In this document: piece after piece, positions 45,042-52,610 of the stretch | How positions within the stretch are numbered: the first letter of the stretch is position 1 | How the letters are laid out: each line of letters opens with the position of its first letter | Assembly: GCA_046715155.1 (NCBI GenBank) | Contig: JBKJZI010000031.1 | Coordinates: forward strand, 10,875-74,874 | Direction: 5' to 3' | Length of the DNA stretch: 64,000 bases | From: Chthonomonadales bacterium | Lineage (GTDB): Bacteria > Armatimonadota > Chthonomonadetes > Chthonomonadales > CAJBBX01 | Translations under genes and position numbers: made by a program | Notes under the pieces: model-generated | Databases searched by the model: none | Told to the model about the DNA's origin: nothing | The model's input: only the letters and a program-made list of their open reading frames with translations

Positions 45042-45527
45042 TTAGAGGCATCGCAGCGTACCCTGATCGCAGGTATTGCTGCAGCACTGGTCGTTGTTGG
45101 TACATGCCGCCCCCGGCGGTAGGGTCCCGGGCCCGACACAGGTTTGAGCCTGGGCAGGGGTGGGTGCGACGATGGAATGGATCGCGGGAAGGAGCACGGT
45201 CAGTCCCCCCACGAGCGCGAGCTTTTTCATGACTGCCCGGCGGGAAACATGAGTATCGCTCTTGGGTGCGTCGTCGGCTAGGAGCCTGGCGGTCTCAAGC
45301 CGTTCGAGCGCAAGCATGACCAACTCTTCGCTCTCCGGAGCGTTCAACTCCTCATGCATAATCCGCGCCACATCCCCAATGCTCCGTTTTCCGTCGCAGT
45401 GACGCCAGACCAGCGCGGCGGTCGCGTTAAGGCTGTGTGCCTTGTGGTTGTCCAAGTCATAAACGAGGGTTTCCTCCGCAAGTTCTTCAACGAGGAGACG
45501 TTCTCGTCGTGCGTTCGGAAGCTGCAT
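45042..45527 (-). CDS. PqqD/RRE-like domain protein fused to a Tat-like hydrophobic segment and a 6-Cys C-terminal tail
   Basis: 161 aa. SD GGAGAGGAA before the ATG. AHSLNATAALVWRHCDGKRSIGDVARIM (PqqD-like); SRRAVMKKLALVGGLTVLLPAIHSIVAPTPAQAQ; TCVGPGTLPPGAACTNNDQCCSNTCDQGTLRCL. Confidence 0.8.
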   Translation of the reverse strand: MQLPNARRERLLVEELAEETLVYDLDNHKAHSLNATAALVWRHCDGKRSIGDVARIMHEELNAPESEELVMLALERLETARLLADDAPKSDTHVSRRAVMKKLALVGGLTVLLPAIHSIVAPTPAQAQTCVGPGTLPPGAACTNNDQCCSNTCDQGTLRCL

Positions 45528-45562
45528 GGCTTATGATTCCTCTCCGTCGGGCATTCGAGCCG

Positions 45563-46387
45563 CTAGCGGCTCATCTGTTTCAGTATCTTACCTGCAATTT
45601 CATCCGCTTCGCCACGCGTCCCTTTCAGGAATCGCGCGTTTGCGGTCGCTTGCTTGAGCGTTGCCATTGAATCGGCCGGACGCTTCCGCACCGGTACCGT
45701 GTTCGATAGCAGCTCAAGAATACCTTTTCCATGTGGAAGAGTGCGCGGCTGCCAACGCGCGCCTTCCTTATAAGTCAGAGAAAGTACCGCTCCAACCGGA
45801 ATCGGCTTCTTTGCCGCTCGTCCGCCGAACGCTTCCACCGGGGTTGGCGTTCCAACCGTCTCGGCGCCTTTTCTTATCGAAAGCGGCCGCGCATAAGGGT
45901 GTACCAGCCCTTCTCGATCGATTACGGCGTATTCGTCCGAGTAATACGCGGCCCCCGCCTCCACCATGGCCGCAACCAGCCGCGACTTGCCGCTGAAGCT
46001 TCGGCCCGGCAGCAAGATCGCCCGCTCCTTCCAACCAACAACCCCGGCATGGACAAAGAGCACCTTCGGCGCCATCTGCGGTACGAAATACTCCACGCTG
46101 TTCCGGAAGCTGCGGAGGAGCTCGCCCAGATCTTCGGTGCGCGCGATCTGAATAAACTCTTCATACAGCAAGTGGAACGTTCTGGTTCCTCGCCGCCGCG
46201 GCCGATCTGCAACCCTTATTGAATAGAGCAAATCCACGTGCCGCGGGCGGATAGAACGCGCCTGGGGAGGCAGATGCTCCTTTATCTGTGGAATCAGCTC
46301 CGGCAGGTTAGTTCTCACTCCCACACGAACGCCGTAGCTCATGAATGAAAAGCCGGCCGCCCAGCCCAGGCGGTCTATTTCGTCCAT
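45563..46387 (-). CDS. HPr kinase/phosphorylase C-terminal-domain-like P-loop protein (HprK-related kinase)
   Basis: 274 aa. SD AAAGGTG. FVHAGVVGWKERAILLPGRSFSGKSRLVAAMVEAGAAYYSDEYAVIDREG. No HprK N-terminal domain. Confidence 0.8.
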   Translation of the reverse strand: MDEIDRLGWAAGFSFMSYGVRVGVRTNLPELIPQIKEHLPPQARSIRPRHVDLLYSIRVADRPRRRGTRTFHLLYEEFIQIARTEDLGELLRSFRNSVEYFVPQMAPKVLFVHAGVVGWKERAILLPGRSFSGKSRLVAAMVEAGAAYYSDEYAVIDREGLVHPYARPLSIRKGAETVGTPTPVEAFGGRAAKKPIPVGAVLSLTYKEGARWQPRTLPHGKGILELLSNTVPVRKRPADSMATLKQATANARFLKGTRGEADEIAGKILKQMSR

Positions 46388-46637
46388 TCATGGCACCTTT
46401 CGGCGCATTTGCGGAAGGTCTTCCACTATCGTCTGCGGCACGGAATCATTGCTTCCTAACTAGACAGGGATAAGGTATTACTGTGCGGTCAAGTTTGCGT
46501 GCGGGCTGATTTGCGGCAGCAGAGCCATGAGCGACCCGCAGTAAGACCAATTCGCGGTACAAATTGTGCCACATAGACGGTGCGGCTATCAATACCTGCA
46601 ACACCGTTTTCGCCCGCTCGGTTACCGAAAGACTTTC

Positions 46638-46661
46638 TGGCGCCCTCGACTGAGGGCGCCA
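46638..46661 (-). terminator. Candidate terminator hairpin downstream of the sugar dehydrogenase gene
   Basis: TGGCGCCCTC gact GAGGGCGCCA: 10-bp perfect stem, 69 nt after the stop at 46730. The trailing sequence on the minus strand, GAAAGTCTTTCGG, is only weakly U-rich. Confidence 0.5.
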
Positions 46662-46729
46662 CGTGTATTGTCGATGAACCCGAGTAGATTGTTCCGCCCA
46701 TCCTGCCTCTGGGCAGAATCAATGTCGGT

Positions 46730-48013
46730 CTACAAGCGCCAATAGGCTATACCTTCAGGCACCCGAGCCTTATCCACTATCGACTTTACGTCGATGAATA
46801 CTCCACCGTGCTTGAGCATTGCGAACAGACCGGCATCTCCCATATCGCGGTATTCGCGATGAGTCACGGCGAAGATGAGACCGTCAAGGCTCGAGAGCTG
46901 ATCGATCTCACAGAGCTCTATTCCATATTCGTGGCACGCTTCTTTCCGGTCTGCAAACGGGTCATGGACCAACGGCTCAATTCCGAAATCGCGCAGTTCC
47001 GCGATGATGTCGGCGACCTTGCTGTTGCGCAGGTCCGGCACATTCTCCTTGAACGTTAGCCCAAGGACGCCGATCTTTGCGTGCTTGATCGGCTGAAGGT
47101 CCTGCTGAATGAGGAGCTTGATCATCCGCTGCGCTATGAACCTGCCCATGCCGTCGTTGACGCTGCGGCCCGCGAGGATGACTTGTGGATGGTACCCCAG
47201 CTCCTGCGCTTTGCATGTCAAGTAATAAGGATCCACTCCGATGCAGTGGCCGCCAACGAGGCCGGGTTCGAACCGAAGAAAGTTCCACTTCGTGCCGGCG
47301 GCCTCGAGAACGTCCTTCGTGCTGATTCCGAGGCGGTCGAAAATAAGCGCGAGCTCGTTCATAAGCGCGATATTGAGATCGCGCTGGGTGTTCTCGATCA
47401 CCTTCGCGGCTTCGGCCACTTTGATGGATGGCGCCCGGTGAACGCCGGCATCCACTACCGCTCCATAAACGTCGGCGACGCGACTCAGGGTCTCGGAATC
47501 CTCGCCGGATACAACCTTGGTTATTCGTTTGAATGTGTGCTCTTTGTCTCCAGGGTTTATGCGCTCGGGAGAGTAGCCCAGCTTGAAGTCCACGCGTTGC
47601 CTCAATCCGGAAACGCGCTCGAGAACCGGTCCGCAGACTTCCTCCGTCACCCCCGGATAGACCGTCGACTCGTAAACGACGACCGCCCCTCTCTGCAGGT
47701 GGTTCCCGATCGTCTCGGACGCACGCACGAGGGGAGTGAGATCGGGCTGATTCCGCTGGTCTATCGGAGTGGGGACCGCCACGACGAAAAAGCTACGGTC
47801 GTCGAGGTCGTTGGGGTCAGAGCTAAACCGCATGGAGGCGGCTGTCAGCTCTCCCAGGTCCACTTCTCCGGTTCGGTCAAATCCCTCGTTGAGCTCTCGA
47901 ATCTTGATTGAGTCGATATCGAACCCGACGACGTCGTCGAAAACTCCCGCAAAAGCCAGGGCCACCGGCAGACCCACATAACCAAGTCCAATTACTGCTA
48001 TCTTTTCAGCCAT
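46730..48013 (-). CDS. UDP-N-acetyl-D-hexosamine 6-dehydrogenase (nucleotide-sugar dehydrogenase, WbpA/TviB/WecC-like)
   Basis: 427 aa. IAVIGLGYVGLPVALAFA; GFDIDSIKIRELNEGFDRTGEV, typical of the UDP-GlcNAc/ManNAc dehydrogenase branch; catalytic region GLVGGHCIGVDPYYL. Confidence 0.9.
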   Translation of the reverse strand: MAEKIAVIGLGYVGLPVALAFAGVFDDVVGFDIDSIKIRELNEGFDRTGEVDLGELTAASMRFSSDPNDLDDRSFFVVAVPTPIDQRNQPDLTPLVRASETIGNHLQRGAVVVYESTVYPGVTEEVCGPVLERVSGLRQRVDFKLGYSPERINPGDKEHTFKRITKVVSGEDSETLSRVADVYGAVVDAGVHRAPSIKVAEAAKVIENTQRDLNIALMNELALIFDRLGISTKDVLEAAGTKWNFLRFEPGLVGGHCIGVDPYYLTCKAQELGYHPQVILAGRSVNDGMGRFIAQRMIKLLIQQDLQPIKHAKIGVLGLTFKENVPDLRNSKVADIIAELRDFGIEPLVHDPFADRKEACHEYGIELCEIDQLSSLDGLIFAVTHREYRDMGDAGLFAMLKHGGVFIDVKSIVDKARVPEGIAYWRL

Positions 48014-48029
48014 ACTCGCCGTACCCCTG

Positions 48030-49967
48030 TTATCCTAATCCATAGTGTTCCAGCCACGCCTGGAACATGAGTATATCCCACAGAGCGAGCTGCCGATTCC
48101 GGCGTTTGGTCTGATGTTCGCGCCATACTTGATCGACCACTCCAGCGTTGAAGTACCCTTCTCGGCGAAGCCGTGCAGGCTCCAGGAGCGCCGCTGCCCA
48201 CTCTCGAAGCGGGCCGCGGAGCCAGCTGTCCAATGGAAGCGTAAAGCCGGCTTTGGGCCGCTCGACCAGGGCCGGCGGAACATAGCGATAGAGCGCCCGC
48301 CTTAAGAGTTGCTTACCTTTGCCATCCGATATCTTCATCGACAGAGGAATCCGCCAGGAGAGGGCAAACAGCCGGTGATCCAACAAAGGCTCTCGCGCCT
48401 CAAGGCCGACGGACATGCTTGCCCGGTCGACCTTAACGAGGATGTCGTCGGGGAGATAGCGCATCTGATCCGAGAGCATCATTCGCTCGGCAAACGGCAT
48501 TCCTGGTACAGCGGTGTTCGGGGCGTCGTCGAAGTCTGACGCTCCCAGTACCACCGATTCCGGCGTCAGCCAGTGGGACTGGATGTTCCTGAAGAACTGC
48601 CAGTCTCCTCGGGAGCTCAACGCCTGCGCCAGTTTGTGGACTTTATCGGCCGGATTCCGCTCTCGCAACCGTGGAAATACGCCGCCTCCTGCCAGGTCCC
48701 ATGCCGCGGGAGGGATCGCGCGCATAAGTCGACCGACCGCTTTACGCGCGGGGACAGGGAGGCGCCGAACGTTCGCCCACATCCGCGGTCCCCACAGGTA
48801 GCGGGTGTAACCACCGAACAGCTCATCGCCACCGTCCCCACTGAGCGCGACCGTAACAGATTCCCTCGCGAGTCTGGACACGAGGAGGGTCGGGATCTGC
48901 GAGGCATCGCCAAACGGCTCATCGTAAACTTCGGGCAATCGCGGAATCACTTCCATTGCCTCGGTGGAAGTTACGTAGAGTTCCGTGTGGTCTGTGCCCA
49001 GATGTTTCGCGACGCCGAGCGCCCACGCCGCTTCGTCATATGCCTTTTCGCGAAATCCGATGGAGAACGTCTTGACCGCGTTTGAAGATTGCTCACACAT
49101 CAAGGCCGTCACGAGCGAGGAGTCAATCCCTCCAGAAAGGAACACGCCGAGCGGAACGTCCGCAACCATTCGCAAGCGCACGGATTCATGCAGCGCTGCT
49201 TCGAGCTCGCCGGTTGCTGATTCCGCATCTACAATCTGGGTCTGCACTCCCGCGACAGCAACATCTTCGGCACGCCAGTAAGCGCGCGGCTCGCCCGCCA
49301 GGCCGGAGTCAATGCTGATTTCAAGGACGGAACCGGCTGGAAGCTTTCGGATTCCGCAATAGATCGATTGCGGCGCCGGAACGTAGCCGTACCGTACGTA
49401 TTCCAAGAGCGCGTCACGGTCCACCTCAGAGTCGAAGGCTGGATGGACCCGCAGCGCCTTCAGCTCCGATCCGAATAAGAACGACCTGCCGCAAGTCCCA
49501 TAGTAGAGCGGTTTTACGCCCAGGCGGTCACGCGCGAGGATCAGGCGGCGACTTTGACTGTCCCACAGCGCGAAGGCGAACATTCCCACGAAGCGGTCCA
49601 GCGCCCGCTCCAGTCCCCACTCTTCCACCGCCGCCAGTATGACCTCGGTGTCGGAATGCCCGCGGAATCGCACGCCCTGGTCGCTTTCGAGAGTCGCTCG
49701 CAGCTCGGGATGGTTGTAGACCTCGCCATTGTACGCGATGACAAACCGGCCCGAAGACGAAACCATGGGCTGATGACCGGCGGCGGAAAGATCGATGACA
49801 GAGAGGCGGCGGAATCCGACCGCGAAGCCGGCACCTGCGTCCGCCCAGACGCCGCAATCGTCCGGCCCTCGGTGCTGCAGCTTTGCCGCCATTCGGCCTG
49901 CGATGTCGCAAAGGCGCTCTTCAGGATCGGTGGAACCTACGCTAAGGAATCCGGCGAATCCGCACAT
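48030..49967 (-). CDS. asnB: Asparagine synthase (glutamine-hydrolysing) family amidotransferase, paralogue 3
   Basis: 645 aa. MCGFAGF start (Cys2). PP-loop VFLSGGIDSSLVTA. Confidence 0.92.
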   Translation of the reverse strand: MCGFAGFLSVGSTDPEERLCDIAGRMAAKLQHRGPDDCGVWADAGAGFAVGFRRLSVIDLSAAGHQPMVSSSGRFVIAYNGEVYNHPELRATLESDQGVRFRGHSDTEVILAAVEEWGLERALDRFVGMFAFALWDSQSRRLILARDRLGVKPLYYGTCGRSFLFGSELKALRVHPAFDSEVDRDALLEYVRYGYVPAPQSIYCGIRKLPAGSVLEISIDSGLAGEPRAYWRAEDVAVAGVQTQIVDAESATGELEAALHESVRLRMVADVPLGVFLSGGIDSSLVTALMCEQSSNAVKTFSIGFREKAYDEAAWALGVAKHLGTDHTELYVTSTEAMEVIPRLPEVYDEPFGDASQIPTLLVSRLARESVTVALSGDGGDELFGGYTRYLWGPRMWANVRRLPVPARKAVGRLMRAIPPAAWDLAGGGVFPRLRERNPADKVHKLAQALSSRGDWQFFRNIQSHWLTPESVVLGASDFDDAPNTAVPGMPFAERMMLSDQMRYLPDDILVKVDRASMSVGLEAREPLLDHRLFALSWRIPLSMKISDGKGKQLLRRALYRYVPPALVERPKAGFTLPLDSWLRGPLREWAAALLEPARLRREGYFNAGVVDQVWREHQTKRRNRQLALWDILMFQAWLEHYGLG

Positions 49968-50003
49968 GCTAACTGCTCGCCCCAGGATCTGGCGGATCGC
50001 ATT

Positions 50004-51116
50004 TCATGCAGCGACCTCGCGGTACAGGGCTTCATATTCGGCGAGCATACGCTCTATGGTGAAACGCTCTTCTACGCGCTTCCTGCCGGCATCGCCCAGC
50101 GAGCGCGCCCAGTTCGGCTCGTCCGCCAGCCTCCGCACGGCATCCGCGAAGTCGTCCGGATTCCCCGGTTCTGCGAGGAGGCCGGTTTGATCGGCCAATA
50201 CCACTTCGGGTAGTCCCCCCGTGTTCGCGGCAACGACGGGTCGTCGCCATGACATGGCTTCCAGCGCCGCCAGGCCCAAACCTTCCAGCCGTGAGGGTAC
50301 GAGCGCGATATCCACGGAACGGAAGAGCTCATTTGCGGTCAAGGTCCGGTCGATCTGGATACGCGCTCGGGCAGTAGATTGCTGGATGCGGGCCTCGACC
50401 GCCATTTTGTCCGGACCGTGGGTCAGCAGGATTCCGCCGACAGAATCCAGTCGCTCCAATACATCGAGGAAGAGATCCGGTCCCTTTTCAGGATGAAGGC
50501 GCCCGACCATTCCAAGCATCACGGGGTTCTTTAGTTCCGGCGCCGTGGGAGCCGCGGGGAGGGATACGCCGTTGTAGATGACGCGAATCCGATCCGCTTG
50601 CCATCCGGCGCTTTGACGATGGCGTTTAACGGCCCCGCTGATAGCTGCGACCGCAGCGCACCTCCGGCTGGTGCGCGCGTCCAGGCGCAGGAGCCAACCG
50701 GAGGCGTCCCGATAGAAGCCCAGGTTGTGTTCCGTGCTGACGACCGGACCGGCGTATCTGGAGATTCGGGCGGCCCACCTTGCGGCGACGTTTGCGTGAG
50801 AGAGATGCGAGTGCAGCACGTCCGGTCGATTCCGCCGGATTAGCGCCGCCAGCCGTGAGATCGCACCCGGAAATCCGAGCAGGCCATTCATCCGCAGCGG
50901 CGCCTTCTCGCGAATCTGCATTGTCTCGGCGACCCAAGCGGACTCTCCCGAGAGCCAGGAGATAGCGGAATCGGAGGGCGCTGCCGCCGCTAGCTGGACG
51001 GCAATCTTTTCAGCGCCGCCCCGTTCCATTCCCGTGATCACGTGCAGCACGCGCGGGAATGGGTGATCGACCTGGGAGCCGAGACGCATCGGGGTTCGCG
51101 AGAGTATTGTATTCAC
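50004..51116 (-). CDS. Glycosyltransferase family 4
   Basis: 370 aa. RVLHVITGMERGGAEK; PSRLEGLGLAALEAMSWRRPVVAANTGGLPEVV. GTG 51116 lies 11 nt after GGAGG. Confidence 0.85.
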   Translation of the reverse strand: MNTILSRTPMRLGSQVDHPFPRVLHVITGMERGGAEKIAVQLAAAAPSDSAISWLSGESAWVAETMQIREKAPLRMNGLLGFPGAISRLAALIRRNRPDVLHSHLSHANVAARWAARISRYAGPVVSTEHNLGFYRDASGWLLRLDARTSRRCAAVAAISGAVKRHRQSAGWQADRIRVIYNGVSLPAAPTAPELKNPVMLGMVGRLHPEKGPDLFLDVLERLDSVGGILLTHGPDKMAVEARIQQSTARARIQIDRTLTANELFRSVDIALVPSRLEGLGLAALEAMSWRRPVVAANTGGLPEVVLADQTGLLAEPGNPDDFADAVRRLADEPNWARSLGDAGRKRVEERFTIERMLAEYEALYREVAA

Positions 51117-51122
51117 TCGCGT

Positions 51123-52610
51123 TCATGCCTCCACGGGTGCTTCGATTCCGGAATCCAGCAGACGATACGCGCTGACAGCCAACGCGAGCAGGCCGGTGAA
51201 ATAGATCAAGAACAGTGGGTTAAGGCCCATGTACTGTACACCGCAGCCTCCTAGTGACGCGGCAAATGCGCCCAGGACCCTGCCTCGGCGCCATCCGTGC
51301 AAGCGGAGAGACCTTAATATAACTCCGCCGCCGACGAGGCCGCAAAGTATAAGCGCAGCCAATCCCGCGACACCGGTTTCGGCAAGCGCCGAGAAGTAGG
51401 CATTGTTCACCTCCGGGATGCCGCCCGCCATTAACTGAGACTGCATCACAGGATGATAGCGCGGGAAGTGATACCCGGCCATTCCGGGTCCTACACCGAG
51501 GATGGGATAATCCTCCAGTATCCGCATCCCCGCGGAATTCTCAGCTTGCCGGATGTCGTCGCCCCCGGTCAGCAGCTTGCCGAACACTACCCCGAAATAG
51601 CCGAATCCTCCACTGCGGCCGACCAACAGTCCGCCTACTACGATGATTAGCGCGAGGCCTGATGCGGCAAGCGCAAGCTTTGCCCGCCGTGACCATACTA
51701 CTGATTTGAAAACCGGCACGAGCAGCAGCAGCGCGATCGCGAGAGCCACATATCCCCCGGTTGAAAACGTCAAGGTCATCGCAAGCAGCTCAATGAAGAG
51801 ACAGCCGGCGGCCAGCGAACGAGGAATCTGCGCGATATCGAACAGGGCAGCGGCAACGGTGATCGGAATGACTGTTACGAGATAAAAGGCCAGGAAGAGA
51901 GGCTCGTAGGCCACACCGGCCAGGCGGAAGACGTCACCGGTAAACGGCGCGAGATTACGCGTGACGCCTAATCCGCCAATGTTGATGACAGTCATCCCGG
52001 CCAGGGTTAGTACGTAAATTCCCAGGCTTAAGGTCGCCGCGAGGCCTCCGCCGAGAATGTGGGCGCGCAGACAGCGGCGAAATAACGCGGGCCTCGTGCC
52101 GATTACGTGGTATGCGGCCACGACGACGCTCCAGGAGATGATGAGCCAGACGATTATGCTGATCGAACGAAAAGTCGGCGCATTGCGGTCGGTCGGCGCG
52201 ATAGCTCCGTGGAAACTTGCAGGCACCACCGGCGCAGCGGCGGTCGAGATACAGAGCACCGCGAGATAGAGAAGCACGGCCGCGGTGGCAGGTGGCATCT
52301 TGATAGACTCTCGCCGCCAGAGAGCGCGAGCCAGTACGGCAGCCGCAAACAGGTACGCGGTGACTTCAGGGAGCTTGAGAGTAAAAGCCCCGGTGGGAAG
52401 GTTGACCACCATGTACGGCAGCGTCCAGAACGTCAAAACCGCAAGCCGTTCGACGTACCGCGTCGCCAGTCCGACGAGTCCGAGCGCGAGGAAGACATAG
52501 GCGATGTAAGGCGAGAAGGCAGCGGCCGCGCCGCAAGCCGTCGCCACACCGAGAACCGCCCCTAGAAGACGCCTTTGTGCGACTGGTGGAACCGGAGCCG
52601 CCAGGCTCAC
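51123..52610 (-). CDS. O-antigen ligase/polymerase-family membrane protein (Wzy-like)
   Basis: 495 aa, about 10-12 TM helices. Loop plus motif RQAENSAGMRILEDYPILGVGPGMAGYHF...NNAYFSALAETGVAGL, as in Wzy_C domains. Confidence 0.8.
   Translation of the reverse strand: MSLAAPVPPVAQRRLLGAVLGVATACGAAAAFSPYIAYVFLALGLVGLATRYVERLAVLTFWTLPYMVVNLPTGAFTLKLPEVTAYLFAAAVLARALWRRESIKMPPATAAVLLYLAVLCISTAAAPVVPASFHGAIAPTDRNAPTFRSISIIVWLIISWSVVVAAYHVIGTRPALFRRCLRAHILGGGLAATLSLGIYVLTLAGMTVINIGGLGVTRNLAPFTGDVFRLAGVAYEPLFLAFYLVTVIPITVAAALFDIAQIPRSLAAGCLFIELLAMTLTFSTGGYVALAIALLLLVPVFKSVVWSRRAKLALAASGLALIIVVGGLLVGRSGGFGYFGVVFGKLLTGGDDIRQAENSAGMRILEDYPILGVGPGMAGYHFPRYHPVMQSQLMAGGIPEVNNAYFSALAETGVAGLAALILCGLVGGGVILRSLRLHGWRRGRVLGAFAASLGGCGVQYMGLNPLFLIYFTGLLALAVSAYRLLDSGIEAPVEA

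Noticed and set aside
46489-46722. 77-aa minus-strand ORF in the 342-nt gap upstream of the HprK-like gene
   Set aside because: It has no SD, an Arg/Gly-rich composition and no motif. The region more likely holds the terminator hairpin (46638-46661) and the cassette promoter.
31530-46729. Middle block as a genomic island or mobile element
   Set aside because: No integrase, transposase, phage gene, tRNA target or flanking direct or inverted repeats were found. Composition looks similar to the flanks by eye.
48030-49967. AsnB paralogue 3 as a lasso-peptide cyclase partner for the nearby PqqD/HprK-like cassette
   Set aside because: It retains the MCG N-terminal glutaminase nucleophile and full AsnB architecture, like the other two EPS-linked paralogues. 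It is separated from the cassette by a sugar dehydrogenase and a terminator-like hairpin. No transglutaminase-type leader protease is present.
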